A stretch of DNA of 64,000 nucleotides from Zygnema circumcarinatum SAG 698-1b (Eukaryota; Plantae; Zygnematophyceae), in assembly GCA_037447605.1 (NCBI GenBank), contig CM074813.1, positions 3,224,001 through 3,288,000 of the forward strand, given 5' to 3'. Under the pieces are notes generated by a model. That model searched no databases. It saw only the letters and a list, made by a program, of their open reading frames with translations, and was not told the origin of the DNA. Positions within the stretch are counted from its first letter, which is position 1, and each line of letters opens with the position of its first letter. This document shows, piece after piece, positions 32,064 through 44,759 of this stretch. Made by a program: the position numbers and the translations under genes.

Positions 32064-32156
32064 GCTGGAACTGGAACTGGAACTGGAGCTGGAGCTGGAA
32101 CTGGAACTGGAACTGGAGCTGGAGCTGGAACTGGAACTGGATCTGGAACTGGAATA
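32064..32156. repeat. Hexamer microsatellite (TGGAAC/TGGAGC)n
   Basis: About 15 direct units. Confidence 0.9.
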
Positions 32157-33255
32157 GAAATGGGGGAGGCGTAGCGGCTTCCTTTCCGTGTCGTTGATGC
32201 GGCGAGGGGGGCAGCCACAGTGTGGGGGTAGCGTCCAGCGAGGGGCAAAGCGAGGGCGCGAGCGAAAGGCGGTGAAGCGGCCCTAAAAATCGCCACCGTC
32301 GGCGGCGTTGCGTGGGCTGCCGAAGGAGGAGTTGCGTTAGTAGCTAGCGAACTTTCGCTCTAACTTTTCTTTTCTCACGAGATCCTTTGCGATGGGTTAA
32401 ATTCGTAGTTCCCCATGATGGTTTTGTCCATGTACATTTGATGGCATCGCCATCGTGAGATCAACGCCACATCCTCGTACAGTCAACAGTCCTCATATTT
32501 TCGCCATGGTTTTGGCAAATATGAGGCGAAAATATTGATTTTTGCAAATAGAAGGTTCGTGTTACCAATAGACGGGCGGTATCATGTTAGAGTTCATGGA
32601 CCGTGCGTATTATGCGTCGCCGTCTGAAGTATCGTATGGAAATCTACTGTGTCGCCCGATTATGTTATGTGTAGGTAATGGTAATAGAGTCTAGAAGGAG
32701 GAAGAGGAAGCGGCCTTCTTACGACTTGCGTCTTGGGGGTCGGTGAGTTTTTCTTTGAAGCCGATACGGTAGAAGTCCTCCACCAGTTCAGGAACCAAAA
32801 TGGTGAAAATATTAAATTTGCATATATAAGGTTCGTGTTACGAATAGGCGGTATTATGTTAGAGTTCATGTTAGACACGTGCGTATCGTACCGTATATCG
32901 TGCCGTATCGTATTGTATCATTTAGCATCGTATCGTATCGTGAAATATCGTGACGCATATACTGTTATATACTTACATACTGTCGTCATCCAACCATCGA
33001 GGAGTTTGATGATGCGTATACGTATCTCGTATCGTGTCAATTCAAGAAGGCAGGGGAGAAGAAGCGGCGCCCAGCCTCTTCTGGCGGCGAGGGAGATGGA
33101 GATGCGTTTTGCGTAAGCGTAGCAGGCCCGAGTGCAGAGATGATGCCGAGGGCGATGCAGGCGGTCTGATGCGAGCGATGCGGCTAACACAGGATGCAGA
33201 GTACAAAAAGTGATTCGGCAAAATTGGGGCGAAAATATTGAAGGGGCGCTTAACT

Positions 33256-36200
33256 TGTAAATGCTTGAATTGCTTCGACGGATCGCTGTCCGTTCGGTTG
33301 TACTTTACCATATTCTGACCGATTATCACGACGGCACGATCCGAATTCTTGAAGCGAAAATCTTGAGAAGCGTGTGTTGGCGGCCCGCGGGCAACACACC
33401 ATCGGTGGCTCGAGCCAGTAAAATACCCTTAGGTGTCATCAATTGACCTATCAGAAGGCTCAGCGATCGGTCAATTTCGATTAGGCGGGTTATTGTCGAG
33501 GGGCTGTCGGTACTAAGGCTCAAGATCTATTGTCGGCTAAGTAGATGGGATGTCGATGATGCTAGTTTGTCTTTTAGTCTTTGGGCTTAGTATTTGTATT
33601 TCTTTGTGTGGTTTGTTGTCTTGTTCTTCTCTTCTTCCTCTTCAGTTCCAGCAACAGAGGCTAAGTGTGTGAGAGAGAGAGAGTTCCATGCCGTAGATAG
33701 AGAGATGAGAAAAGTCTTAGCACAGCGATGGCGTTTAGGCGTCCGTTCAATAGGTGAATTTTGTTGGTGTAAGGGGCCGACAAGAAAAGGAAGAGCGCAA
33801 GGAAAAGGGCAACACTTTATGCCACGGGTATCCCGAGCTTCGAGAACTTTTCTTTTTCTTCTCACGGGCCATGCGATATGCCTTCTCGTCCACCTTTCTT
33901 GCCGAGATGCGCCGTACCCGCCTCGACAAGTCGCGTAGCCGTCTCCTCCGTGGTCACCGGCTCCTCAACTCCCGGCGGCTCTCAGTAGTCTCTGCGTGTC
34001 GGAGCAACACGCGCCCACATCTGATGAGCCTCCACCCGCGCCAGTGACCGCGAGGGGGCTGCATGACGAATAATCTGATAGTAAGGAGAAAGCCCACGGC
34101 CTAAAACTCCAGCAAACTTCATGAGTGTAATACAAGCTCTTGAGGAAATCTACATAGATCCCTTATGCTAGATTCTCTCCTCCTCTCATAAACGCTATCT
34201 ATCCTCTCATAGATAGCCTACACCCCAGCTACTTGATGTAAGCAACACTACGCCTCCATGAACTCCTCTACCTCAACATGAGGGACACACCATCTCTAAC
34301 TTCTTCACTAAGGCTTGCATGATGAGAGGCCCCGGATTCCTTCCGACCTTCGCCTGAGGCGGACTCCTTTCGGCCTACGCACTGCTCTTCCTTTCTGACA
34401 GCGATTGACGGCATAGCGTTGAGGAGAGTGGTGAGTGAGAGAGAGCCAAGCTTGCTCACTCTTGAAGCTATGGCGCATTGCGGCGTGACGTGACACCCAC
34501 GATGTCCGTCCGCGGTACCTTATGGCGCGTGCAGCGGCCCATTTCGCATTCCAGCGGCCACGGCGTTCTCCGTAAACTACGCCGGCGCGACCCTACGCCA
34601 GGTGCGTCGGTGCTGACCGTACTTAGGCATTACCGTCCGCCGCCCGGCCGTACATATCGCCGCCCAGCCCAGTCTTTGGCTGGTCCCGCTACCGATTGAC
34701 CTAAAGTCGAGCGGCGGACCTGTAGAGGTCCAAGCGGTGCGCAGCGTCGCGCCTCCTGTTAGCCGTGGCATCTCCAATCTCTTGGCCAAACACGATAAGT
34801 ATGGCGCGAAGGCGCATCATTATCTGCTTGTGGCCCCGGCGCGACCAATCATGTAAACGTGCGGTCGCTACCGGCGTGATATCTTGGCGTCCCATACGTT
34901 TGGCGTGTCCGGAAATGCGATGGCCTTTGTAGTCCCATCGACGGCTCCTTCGGTCAAACGCGTTAGGTACCGGCAATGCAGAGTCCTAAGCCTAAGCGTG
35001 AATTCGACCTAGACGCTTCCACTGCTTGCGTACCATGCCACAACGTCGGGCACCCCAGTATTCGGTCTACACCAAACATGACCATTCATACATTGTCACA
35101 TACCACCATTGATGTCGAGACGAGCATTACGTACTAGGAACTAAGTACCCGACACCTTGATGTACCACATCATCAGCCGATTTGATGAGAAGATCCTTTC
35201 ATTGTAATGAAAGTATCGGCCAACGGTACGGGGGTGACTTTCAAATACAACCTTTATGCAAGTTGAGTCACATTTTTCCTTCTTTGTCAACATGCCGAAA
35301 TTTACCATCTTGTTACATCACGCTACGTTTCCTCCCAGCTGACCAATGATAACTAGAAGCCTAGGCCCAGAGACTGGCCAGGGGAGAAGGGGCAGGGGGA
35401 AACCCCAAGGGAGAATGCTGCGCCTCGGCCTTGGGTGGGAACATCGCCGGGATCCTACGATGCTTCCGGTACCTGCAGTCCCCGGATCAGCTCTTTTAGC
35501 AGTGAGACCCACGGCACCAGCCCAGCCCTTCATCGATTTCGGCCTGCCGGACTCGGTGGCCGTCTGACACCTGCTGACAGCTGCGGCGATCTCCTTTTAA
35601 CCCTTATCTTGGTATGGTGAAGGGTTTTGCGGATCCCAGCATTACCTTGTCACGTGGCTGGTGATCACATGACCCATGTCGCGGCCGCCATGGATGAAGA
35701 GCACAGCAGAGGACAAGCGAGATCTTCATGGAAAGTATTGAATGTAAAGACTTGGGACCTCCAAGAAGAACGAGCGTCCGGAAATCAAGGGGGCCGGATT
35801 GATTTCGGAAGGGAAAAGCGGTCAGAATCTTACGAAGATAAGGCATCACCGAAGACACTTATCGATGCGACACCTTGGCGGTCGAGTGATTGAAAGAGGC
35901 TGCCCGGCGACTCCATCTAGCGGTGAGGAAGTGGCCATAAACTTTCTTTGGCAATATACTTGGCCTTGGATGATCAAGCGCGGTCGTATCACGGTCCTTT
36001 ATTGAAGATGTCGTTGAACTGAGGTCCCAGCGCGACCCACCGGAGAGCCAGAACCCACGGGATCTCCGGTCCGGATAACCTCTTTCGCGGGGGAGTCCTT
36101 GAGCCGCAATGGCGCGCGATCCTGCGAAGGCAAAAGGGATTCCTCGAGAAGACACCCTTCCGGCGTTCACAACTTACCCATCCAGCTGGCCAGGCGGCCC

Positions 36201-39200
36201 GAGCGAAGGCGGGGCGATCGCCCAAGGACCCTCCGGCTTTGGCACCAACACAGAGAAGCGGCGTGTGAATGCGAGTTTCTAGCAGATGGAAGAGATGATG
36301 ACAATGATAGCCATGATTCACGAAAAGAGTGAGGTAAAGGGGATACCACGCGAGGAAATCATCACTAGAGGTTTCACCGACAAGCGAGAATCTGAAGCAT
36401 GGGCGGGAACATCTTGAGAGAAGCGGTATAGCGGAACGAAGAGGAAGACGATGGATCAAAAGGTACTGGGTATTTGGAAGGAGAGAGCGATCCGGAAGGT
36501 ACATCCGGCCTTTCGCCCGGATGTAAATTAGAGCAGCACGACAAGGGGACGTTGAAATGACTTTGGAACAATGGCCCGGATTTCAGATCCCGATCAACGT
36601 CTTTGGAGCCGACCCCATTTACATAAAGTCTTCTGATGAGCGGTGTTCGAATTCAGCGAGCGTTTTCGATGCGCATGGCAAATACGATCGAGCACTGACT
36701 TTCGAGGATTCTCGATGGATTCATGAGGCCGTGTGAGAAGGATCTCGCTGGATTGTGGCTGTGACAACCCACCAGCCGGATGCCGAGGGCATTGTTAGAA
36801 GAGGCCGAGGCGAATTGAAAAGGATCGAGAGAACTTAGCAGAGCGTAATGCTGACTACATTCATGAGATCCGCGTGAGATCGGCCTACTACCCGGTGAGT
36901 TCACGAACACAAAATCGGCGGTTGTATGATCCCACACTACATCTTAAAGGAGCGGAGTCTACAAGAGCATCCACCTTTCGGGGCGTCCAGGGCAGCCCAC
37001 GTAGTGCATCCATTGCTGACCAAACCCGCTTCCCACTTTCCCCGTATCCTCATGATCCTGTAGCGTCCCATTGGCCGTCGGTGAATCCTCACATGCGTTT
37101 CCCGGAGTCGGATGCTCCGGTCCTTCTCCCCACGTCGAACGCAGAAGAGAAGCGCCCGGCCCGATTTCTTGGCCGTCGGATGGCAGGCGGGGGTTTCGGA
37201 AGAGGCGTTTGCCTTGCTGCGGCACGAATCATAATCGGCTGCGTTGTGGACCATGGACACGCACCTTACGCGGATCGCGGGACATGATGCGTGTATGCGC
37301 ATCACGGGAGGCTCACCAGTGAAGGCGAAAGGGGGCATTTGCGGGGAGCTCCCTGCCGAGATCACCTTCATGGGCGTACTCCGGCTACTCCTTCCACCAG
37401 AACTCCGGCTCCCTTTAAGCGCCTCCGCTCCGCCCGCTGGCTTACACCCGTCCTGCGGCGGCCGTGCGTCCACGCACCCCATGGTCCCGCTGCGAAGCCA
37501 AGCGCGTTGGGTCAGTCGATCACACTCGCTCACGCACGCCACGATTACGCGGCGTGCAATGAAGCGGTCGAATCCCCATCCCCTTGAAGAAGAGGGTTAC
37601 TGAGCACGGATGCTTGGGAATTCTGGCCTTGCATGAACTCCACAGCCGACAGTGATCCTCATTCGCGTCCCACTGCCCGTTTCTCCCACCCGATGTCGGC
37701 GGCGCCACCAATGCTTCGGCGGCGCCGGCTTTCAGCGCGGCTCGCTGATGCGCCACCCATCGGGAGAACCCCGGTCTCCCCTCCTTCCCGCGGGTCATCC
37801 ACTTGGGATCCATGCACGAGGAAGCGGACGATCTCGATGAGGGAGGAGCCGGCCGGCGGCCGCGGCCGAGGCGCGGCGGCACCGACAGCAGGAAAGAAAT
37901 CGCGTCTGACCCTCCCATGCGCCGAGGAAATTTCCCAGCGGCCAGGTAAATTAAGCCCCACCTCCCCAGCAGATGGCTATCCACGATTGAGCATGGATTT
38001 CATGGCCTCGTGGGAGAGCAGGCTAAGATCGGCATTACCTTGTCCGCGGTTGATGCAGTTTGGTTCCAGAATACTTTGCCGTGAGAATCAGAAATAGGTG
38101 GCGAAGCGGTCACGGGGAGGCCACCCTGCTGACCTCAGCGGTGCTTTGCATGACCCCTCCTCGGACATCCCACCCAGCGTGAGATATCCACCGCCATAGC
38201 CCGCGGCGCCTCGCTTCGGAACCCGGTTCCCTCGCCATCCTCTGCGCCCGGATTCATGTCTCCTACAGTCCCGACACCCAGCGATGCGAATCGACAGCCG
38301 ATGTATGGCTAAGCGGTCATCCCGGCAAGGCCATGATGAGCCACGGGAGAGCTATCTTTATACCCAGTTACATCCAAGCCCGGTGATGGTACTGCGGGGG
38401 TTAAGTTGAACAAGGCGGCTCGAGCCATTCCCGGTATGTAGGGGTTGAGGGAATGCAGCAGAAGAGTTGGGCGGTGCCCCAAAGTGATCATCGGCCTTGG
38501 CGAGATAGAACCCGCAGTCACGGTCATCCGCGGTAGGCACTGATACATCTGTTTGAGCTGGTGGCTCATGTGATAGGAGCACAAATGAAGCTTTCTTACA
38601 TGTCGGTAGCTTTATCTGCTTTGGCCCGGGGCAGAACTGCTCATACCGAGTCCTTGCCACGCCTTCCCAAGCGCCACTTGCTTGGCCCAGTCTCCCTACC
38701 GAGAGATCACCATGTACCATCGCGATTGGCAACCCCCGTGCTTTCACTATGGATGCGTGATTCGATACCAAAGGCCAGAGACTCCCCTCCCTGCACCTTG
38801 GTCCGACCCTCGTGCCTTAGGAAGACCTTTCTTGCGTAGGGATAGGCTGCACCCAACTTTCCAGCCAGCAGGGCCATCGATGATGAAGAGTGGGCTGGAG
38901 ATAGAGAGTGGGAATGCGATTGGGGCAATGATGCTACCGGACAGATTAAGCATTCTCTCAACTCGCCCAGTCTTTGTAGAAATCACCTAGTTTTGTACGA
39001 CATTCACTCGACATCGTGAGGGCCACTGATTGAGGCACCATGTCGTGTAAGGATGCACCTCCATGACCATGACTCCTACACTTTCCATTTCAGCGGGCCC
39101 GATGTCGAGCAGCCAGTCGATGAAGCATTAGGCTGCTTGGGATTGATGGAACAGGAGAAGGGCCTTGGGCCAGCGGCCGGATTACGCCCCAATGGGATGG

Positions 39201-42200
39201 CACACTTTCATTCTGTGGAGACTACTCCGGAAGCGGAGCCGCCTCACGTTACGGATGTGGACTGGTCTCCACTGGCGTCTCCCTTGAGGACCCGATGGTT
39301 CTAGAAGCCCGAACTTTATCGCGAGAAGTCCTTACAGCGAGATCCCCTGCTGACGAGGCCCGATCGGCTGAAACCTTGAGGGGAGGCCGTAGCGACCACT
39401 GGCGCTGCGTCGCGGTGGAGCCGATGCGCACTTCCCTTTAGGCTCAAGAATTCCAGCCAGACTCACCAGCGCCTGGCCAACCAGGTGTTCGGCCCCTGTC
39501 GTGCCTTCTGCGAACCTTACGTGGATGATGCTTCCCTCCACAGCAAGGATTGGTCCTCCCATCTGTAATACATTGACCAAGTACTGCAACAACTCATCAG
39601 TGCGCATTTGAAGATTGCTCCCAAGAACTGCAAATGGGGCCATCAAGAGATCCCTCATCTAGGACATCGTCTCCGCATCAATGGACTGAAGCCATCCCTC
39701 GACAAAATTGAAGCGATTGACCTTATCTTTGATTCCCGCGAACCTCATGACTCAAGTCTTTCTTGGGACTCACCTCATTCTATCGCCCGGTTCATCAAGG
39801 TACATGCCACTTTGCTCCAGCACGTCCCATGCAGCAGAGAAACACGAGTCCCGCTATGAATGGAAGCGGCGCCCAAGATTTCAGCACTTCCAGTGCCACT
39901 CGCCCGAGGGCTCGCATGCGCACGAATTCGACCCCACCTGCCCGCCCCATTATTGGCGCCCGATTGGGCGAGGGCTTTAAGGCGGTGGCAGTCAAGCCTT
40001 CGGATGGGAACACCGGTCGATTATGCTAGCGGGGTTTGTTGGAAGCGAGACCAAATGCGGCTCCTGAGGGGTGAGGCCGGTATCCTGCAGGCGCGGATTC
40101 GAGAAGCTCTTTCGGCTACCGGCCATTGTCATTGATTTGACCACATGCCTCAGCAGGCGCACATTATAGGTACCCTCGGAGCTAAGTTTGCTTGCTGATG
40201 GGTGATGAAGTTGGAGGTATAATCATGTCAGGTCGCTCCGCAGATCGTACAGTAGTCCGCGGCGATTACTAGCGGCCTCGATCCTTGTCTGAGTCGGCTC
40301 CCTCCTGCGTCACTTGTCCAGGCGTTCACGAACCCATCCCTCCGCCCCACCCTCTTGAACCACGGCGTCTTCCCATTGAGATTTTTATTGCCGTCAAGAC
40401 TTTTTGCATGATGTCGTATTGGCCGGATGGAGCTGTCGATATTAGGCAGCGGCCGCCACCCTCCACGTCATTTGGCGGGACCGCGACCGCTGAGAAAGCC
40501 ACCCCGTGCGGTCAGGTAGAACTCCTCATGGATGGCGATGCGTGACTCCCTTTCTTCTCCCCATTTCCGGCCTGATAGCGTCCATTCGACTCCTCTCTTA
40601 GCGGCTACGTCATGACTTCATACTATTTGCCCACTTTTATCAGGATCTTGAGAGGGCTTTCGAGGTACGCCCGCCTTCGGAACTTCTGTCGATGATGAAG
40701 GGGCCAGGATCCTCTACTCCCCCTCAGGCCTTCACGTTCCTCCCCAGTCTGAGTGCGGGCGTCGCGCGATTCCCGACCCGGCCGGATTCCACCTTGGCGG
40801 GAAGAAGATGAATTACCACTGGCTGCGGGAGCCCAGCTAACTTATTGGCGGAAAGCACTCAAATGGCCAGCGGTGAGCGCTACATCGAAAACACGCACCC
40901 ATTTGCGGCCGGCAAGCGTCTGCTTTCCCCGACCGCCAACCCCACCGGATGGGTGAGATCCCGTCTGTGGCGTCAGCGAAGGTGGAACATCGGCGCCTTT
41001 TCACATCCCATTTCGGCCTACATTTTACATTCCGGGTCTTTCCCAGCGCGTGGGCCGGATACACCAAGTGGGTGGAAGTTGGCGCGGCTTGAAGTCACAG
41101 GCATTTAGTCCACTACGCGCAGCTTCACGGCGGCCATCATTTCCGCGAATCCGCTCTCTTACTCTGTCCACTTTTTGTGATGGCACTTAGAATCTGGTTT
41201 ACTTGGCCCGATCTTGGGGCTGGCGTCGTTCACCTTACACACTTTAGCCCTCTTTCCCACTGGCGAGGAATGAGAACTGCAGGCGATACCCATCTGGGAG
41301 CGGTCAGGATGCGTCGTTCGCTGTATGAGGCTGGTGGTGGCCTTGAGGTCATCCCCACTCCACGGTCTTCACGTCACGACACGCTTTTGTTGGCTCATTT
41401 GGCTTCTCTCCCTACTGACTCCTGTAGCGTGGCCTCCTCTCTGCTGAGCCCCTCTTCTCGATGGCGCCTCCGGTCGGGTCGCGGCCGACTCGGCCCTCCA
41501 GCTTCCAAACCCTAGATTCCATGGCCTCCCGCCCACCTCGGCTGGCGCACCGCAGGCTGACGGCTTCATGGAACTTTGGGGAGGCCTTGAAGCCTCTCAC
41601 TTATTGTCGAGGGTCGCGCCCACATCGGCTCATTTGGCTCGGGGAATCTCACTTAAGCCCGGAAACTCCAGCGGGCTTTTTACGTAGTTGGGCCTTTCAT
41701 TTGTGATGAGTCAAAGATCGAGGTTAGGCCGAGGAAGGCCACGGCTCACAGGTAAACGCCCGTGGCCGTTCTGCTGGTCGGCGATGCGATACGCCCAGCG
41801 TCGGCGGTTCCTCCCATGATGGGGATCGACGACGGCGGTCTCACCATACCCCCTGCCGCCCAGCGACTCCTCATTGGTCGATTTTAATTTAGCCACTTTG
41901 CGCTTACGCCCGGCATTGCTTTATGCGTGCGTATCTTTGATTTTGAATTTGTCACCTCCTCCCTCCGCCTCCGGTCTGCCCGATACTCCCATTCACCAAG
42001 ATATACGAGGGGCGGCTTCTCCCTTGCGGCCGCAGGTCATACTCCGTCAGCGTCATCATTGGCTCACTCCCTTTGTCTCTTCTTCATTAGCGCGGCGTGC
42101 TATTTCCAGGCGTATGCTACGGATGGCGTAGCGGGCCCTTCGGCGGATCGCGTCCGTTCAGTTGTACTTACCATGACCGGTGTCACGGCCGGCACGATCG

Positions 42201-43100
42201 AGGAATTCTTGGCGGAAAATCGCGAGGAAAGCTGGCGCCATGTGTTGGCGGCCAAAGACGGCCACACCATCCGGCTAGGCGCACTTCGGGCGCCGCAAAA
42301 TGCCGCCGATTGTCATCAATTGACTGTCAGAAGGCTCCGCGCTGATCGGTCGAGGCCCTTTCGATTGGAAGCGGTTATTATCGAGGGGTATCCTTCTTGG
42401 AGCTCAAGATCTATTAATGAAGCAGAAGTAGATGGGATGGTGATGCTAGTTGTCTTTTAGTCTTTGACTTGAAGTATTTGCTTCGTGGTTTTGTTGTATG
42501 CTTTGTTCTTCTCTTATTTCCTCTTCGGTTCGGCCTTGAGATGCTGCTAAGTGTGAGAGAGAGAGTTCCATGCCATAGATAGAGAGAGAGAGTATTGCTG
42601 GCATTAGCATTTAGACGTCCCATTCAGCCCATTTAGACAAGATTTCCGATTGAAGAAGATCGCTTTCATTGTAATGACTATCTGACCAACCCATTTGGGA
42701 ACTCAAAAATGCAACCTTTATCTAAGTTGAGTCATTTTTCCACTTTCTTTGTCAGCATGCCAAGCTACCATCTTGTTATCACGCCTTCACATTCCTCCCA
42801 ATGACCAATGGTAACTAGAGCCTAGGTAGAGACTATGGCCCAGGGGAGAGGACGAGGGGAGGGAGAACCCAAGGAAGGGCTCTTTCTTTATCGAGAATCC
42901 GGTGGCCGTTGGGAACATCTTGGGGATCCCCTCGTCTTAAAATTTGCTTGGCGTACCTCTGATCCGGATCACGGCTGCATGCTGCGAGGCGGACCAGCGT
43001 ACCGGCCCAACCCTTCATCGGTTTAGAGCGGACCTCGGTGGCCGAGTGCGGCCTGCAACTGGCTCATTGTCTCCTTTTAACCCCACTTATCTTGTCTTTG
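33256..43100 (+). mobile_element. Full-length but heavily frameshifted Ty3/Gypsy LTR retrotransposon (family A)
   Basis: LTR-like direct repeats at about 33256-33760 plus 35180-35610 match about 42125-43100. The interior is colinear with the minus-strand element at 47111-53165: gag start gccgccatggatgaagag at 35684, RT motif ...aaccaggtgttcggccc...tacgtggatgat (YVDD) at 39478-39530, RNase H, and integrase remnants at about 40700-41700. Confidence 0.85.
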
Positions 43101-43275
43101 CACACTCCTTGGGGTGGTAATCCAATACGAGGACCCCCAGCATAACTTGTTGAATGCGGCAAGTATGTTAGAATTTAGGGTTTTAGAGATGCGAATAGTA
43201 CTTGGTGAATGCGGCTAACACCAGAGTGCAGAGTAAAGGTGGTTCAGCGAAATGGGTAATTTCTTGGGGCCTTGT

Positions 43276-44110
43276 TGTAGCACAAGATAGGAGTGGGGTT
43301 AAAGGGGAGATTGGCACGAGGCCCAGTGGCAGATCTTTATGCGGCCACCCAGAGCGTCGTCTTTGGCGGCGTAGGTTGGGGTGAGGTCTTGTGGAGTGCT
43401 GCGTAGAGCGAGGTCAGAGTTAGTCATGTGTTGTGGTGTGAATAATAAATTACAATAAGAAATTGTCTTCTCACTTTGAAAGCCTTTGTCTACTTGAAAT
43501 AGGGGCGTAAAATGCTGTCGGCAAGAAGACTCTTTCTCTCTCTTTCTCTCTCTCTCTATCATGGCATGGAACTCTCTCTCTCTCATGGCACAACGCCCCA
43601 GTTGCTCTGAGAGTCGAAGTGTCAAGGGAGGAAGAGAGAGAGAGAGAAGCGTGAGCTCAATGCTGGTACAAAGAGCTCGGATGGTCTCCCCATCCGGGCA
43701 CAGCCCCCTTAAGCTCCCCCCTTCGAACCCCCTACCAGCATGGAGGACCGGGAGCGGGACTGCCCAATCAGAGCCCGCCGCGTGGCGGTGATCCTTAGCC
43801 GAGTTATCGGCTGAGGACAAGCCTGTGGTCTCGCCGCATCTCACGGAGCGCGTCGCGTCGCGGCGCGTCGTCGTCTGGCGCGGCTAAGTTGGCGGCGGGG
43901 CACAATACGGCCCGTCAAAAATACCCGATGCACGGGCGGTACTTGTCGAATGCCACCGCATCTGCGTGGAGTCAGCGCGGCGCGTGCGGCCTGCCGCGTA
44001 TCTTGGCGGCCTTGTGGCAAATCTCGGCGCGGGATCCATATGTCGATGCGTCAGGTACACATCATGCGGACGACGGTCACGATCAAAGGGGGCCGGGACC
44101 TCCCCAGAGT
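43276..44110 (-). mobile_element. Inverted LTR related to family A
   Basis: The reverse complement ends ...ctcccctttaaccccactcctatcttgtgctaca (canonical CA end at 43276) and contains gagagagagagttccatgccatgatagagagag, as the family A LTRs do. The 5' part resembles the family A LTR start only loosely. Confidence 0.6.
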
Positions 44111-44759
44111 ACCCCACTAGGAGTGCTTTACGTTAAAGGCAGCAGCGGATGTAGAAAGTCTTGGGCGATGCAAGCGCATGTATGGCGTTTGGCTACATTT
44201 CCTCCCAAACCCGTGCTGCGTCACCGAGCACACAGCTCAAGGAGTTTTAGCGAGCTGCATTCAAGCTCACTTCAGCTTTTATGCCCCTCACATGCGAGTT
44301 GAGACCCTACATGCGCGGTACCATGCTTTCGAGGAGATCCGCGGTGTTTTAGGGTGGTCCATAAATACGGAATTAGATACGATACGATGCCGCAAGCCCT
44401 TTGGCGGTATTCGAACAGAGACTCCGGTACCCACCTAAGAAATCTTTTACCATTAAAAGGCAGCAGCGGATGTAAAAATCTTAGGCAGGTACAACACATG
44501 TATGGCGTTTGGCTACACCCTTCCGGTTGGCCATGCATGCGGGGTGGAAGGGGCGTACTCATAGCACACTTCGTCAGATAATCCGGTTTCTTTCCAGTAG
44601 CGGTGAATCGGGTATCCGCGATGATCTGATTGAAGTCCGACTCCGGACAGCGTAACGCCTTAGCGATAGCGTCGTGCGGCACCAGCAGGTCTTAGCGATG
44701 GTACGCGAAATACGCAGGCGTCGACAAACGAGGATGGAGTGAAACCCCTAGTATCCGCG

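Noticed and set aside
31449-32296. 204-aa (+) and 260-aa (-) ORFs in a GC-rich island
   Set aside because: No recognisable domain, and they are driven by GC content and the hexamer repeat. A first exon of an unrecognised gene cannot be excluded.
41927-42460. 177-aa ORF after integrase, as a possible env-like or extra ORF
   Set aside because: It runs into the 3' LTR sequence, has no recognisable motif, and lies in noisy sequence.
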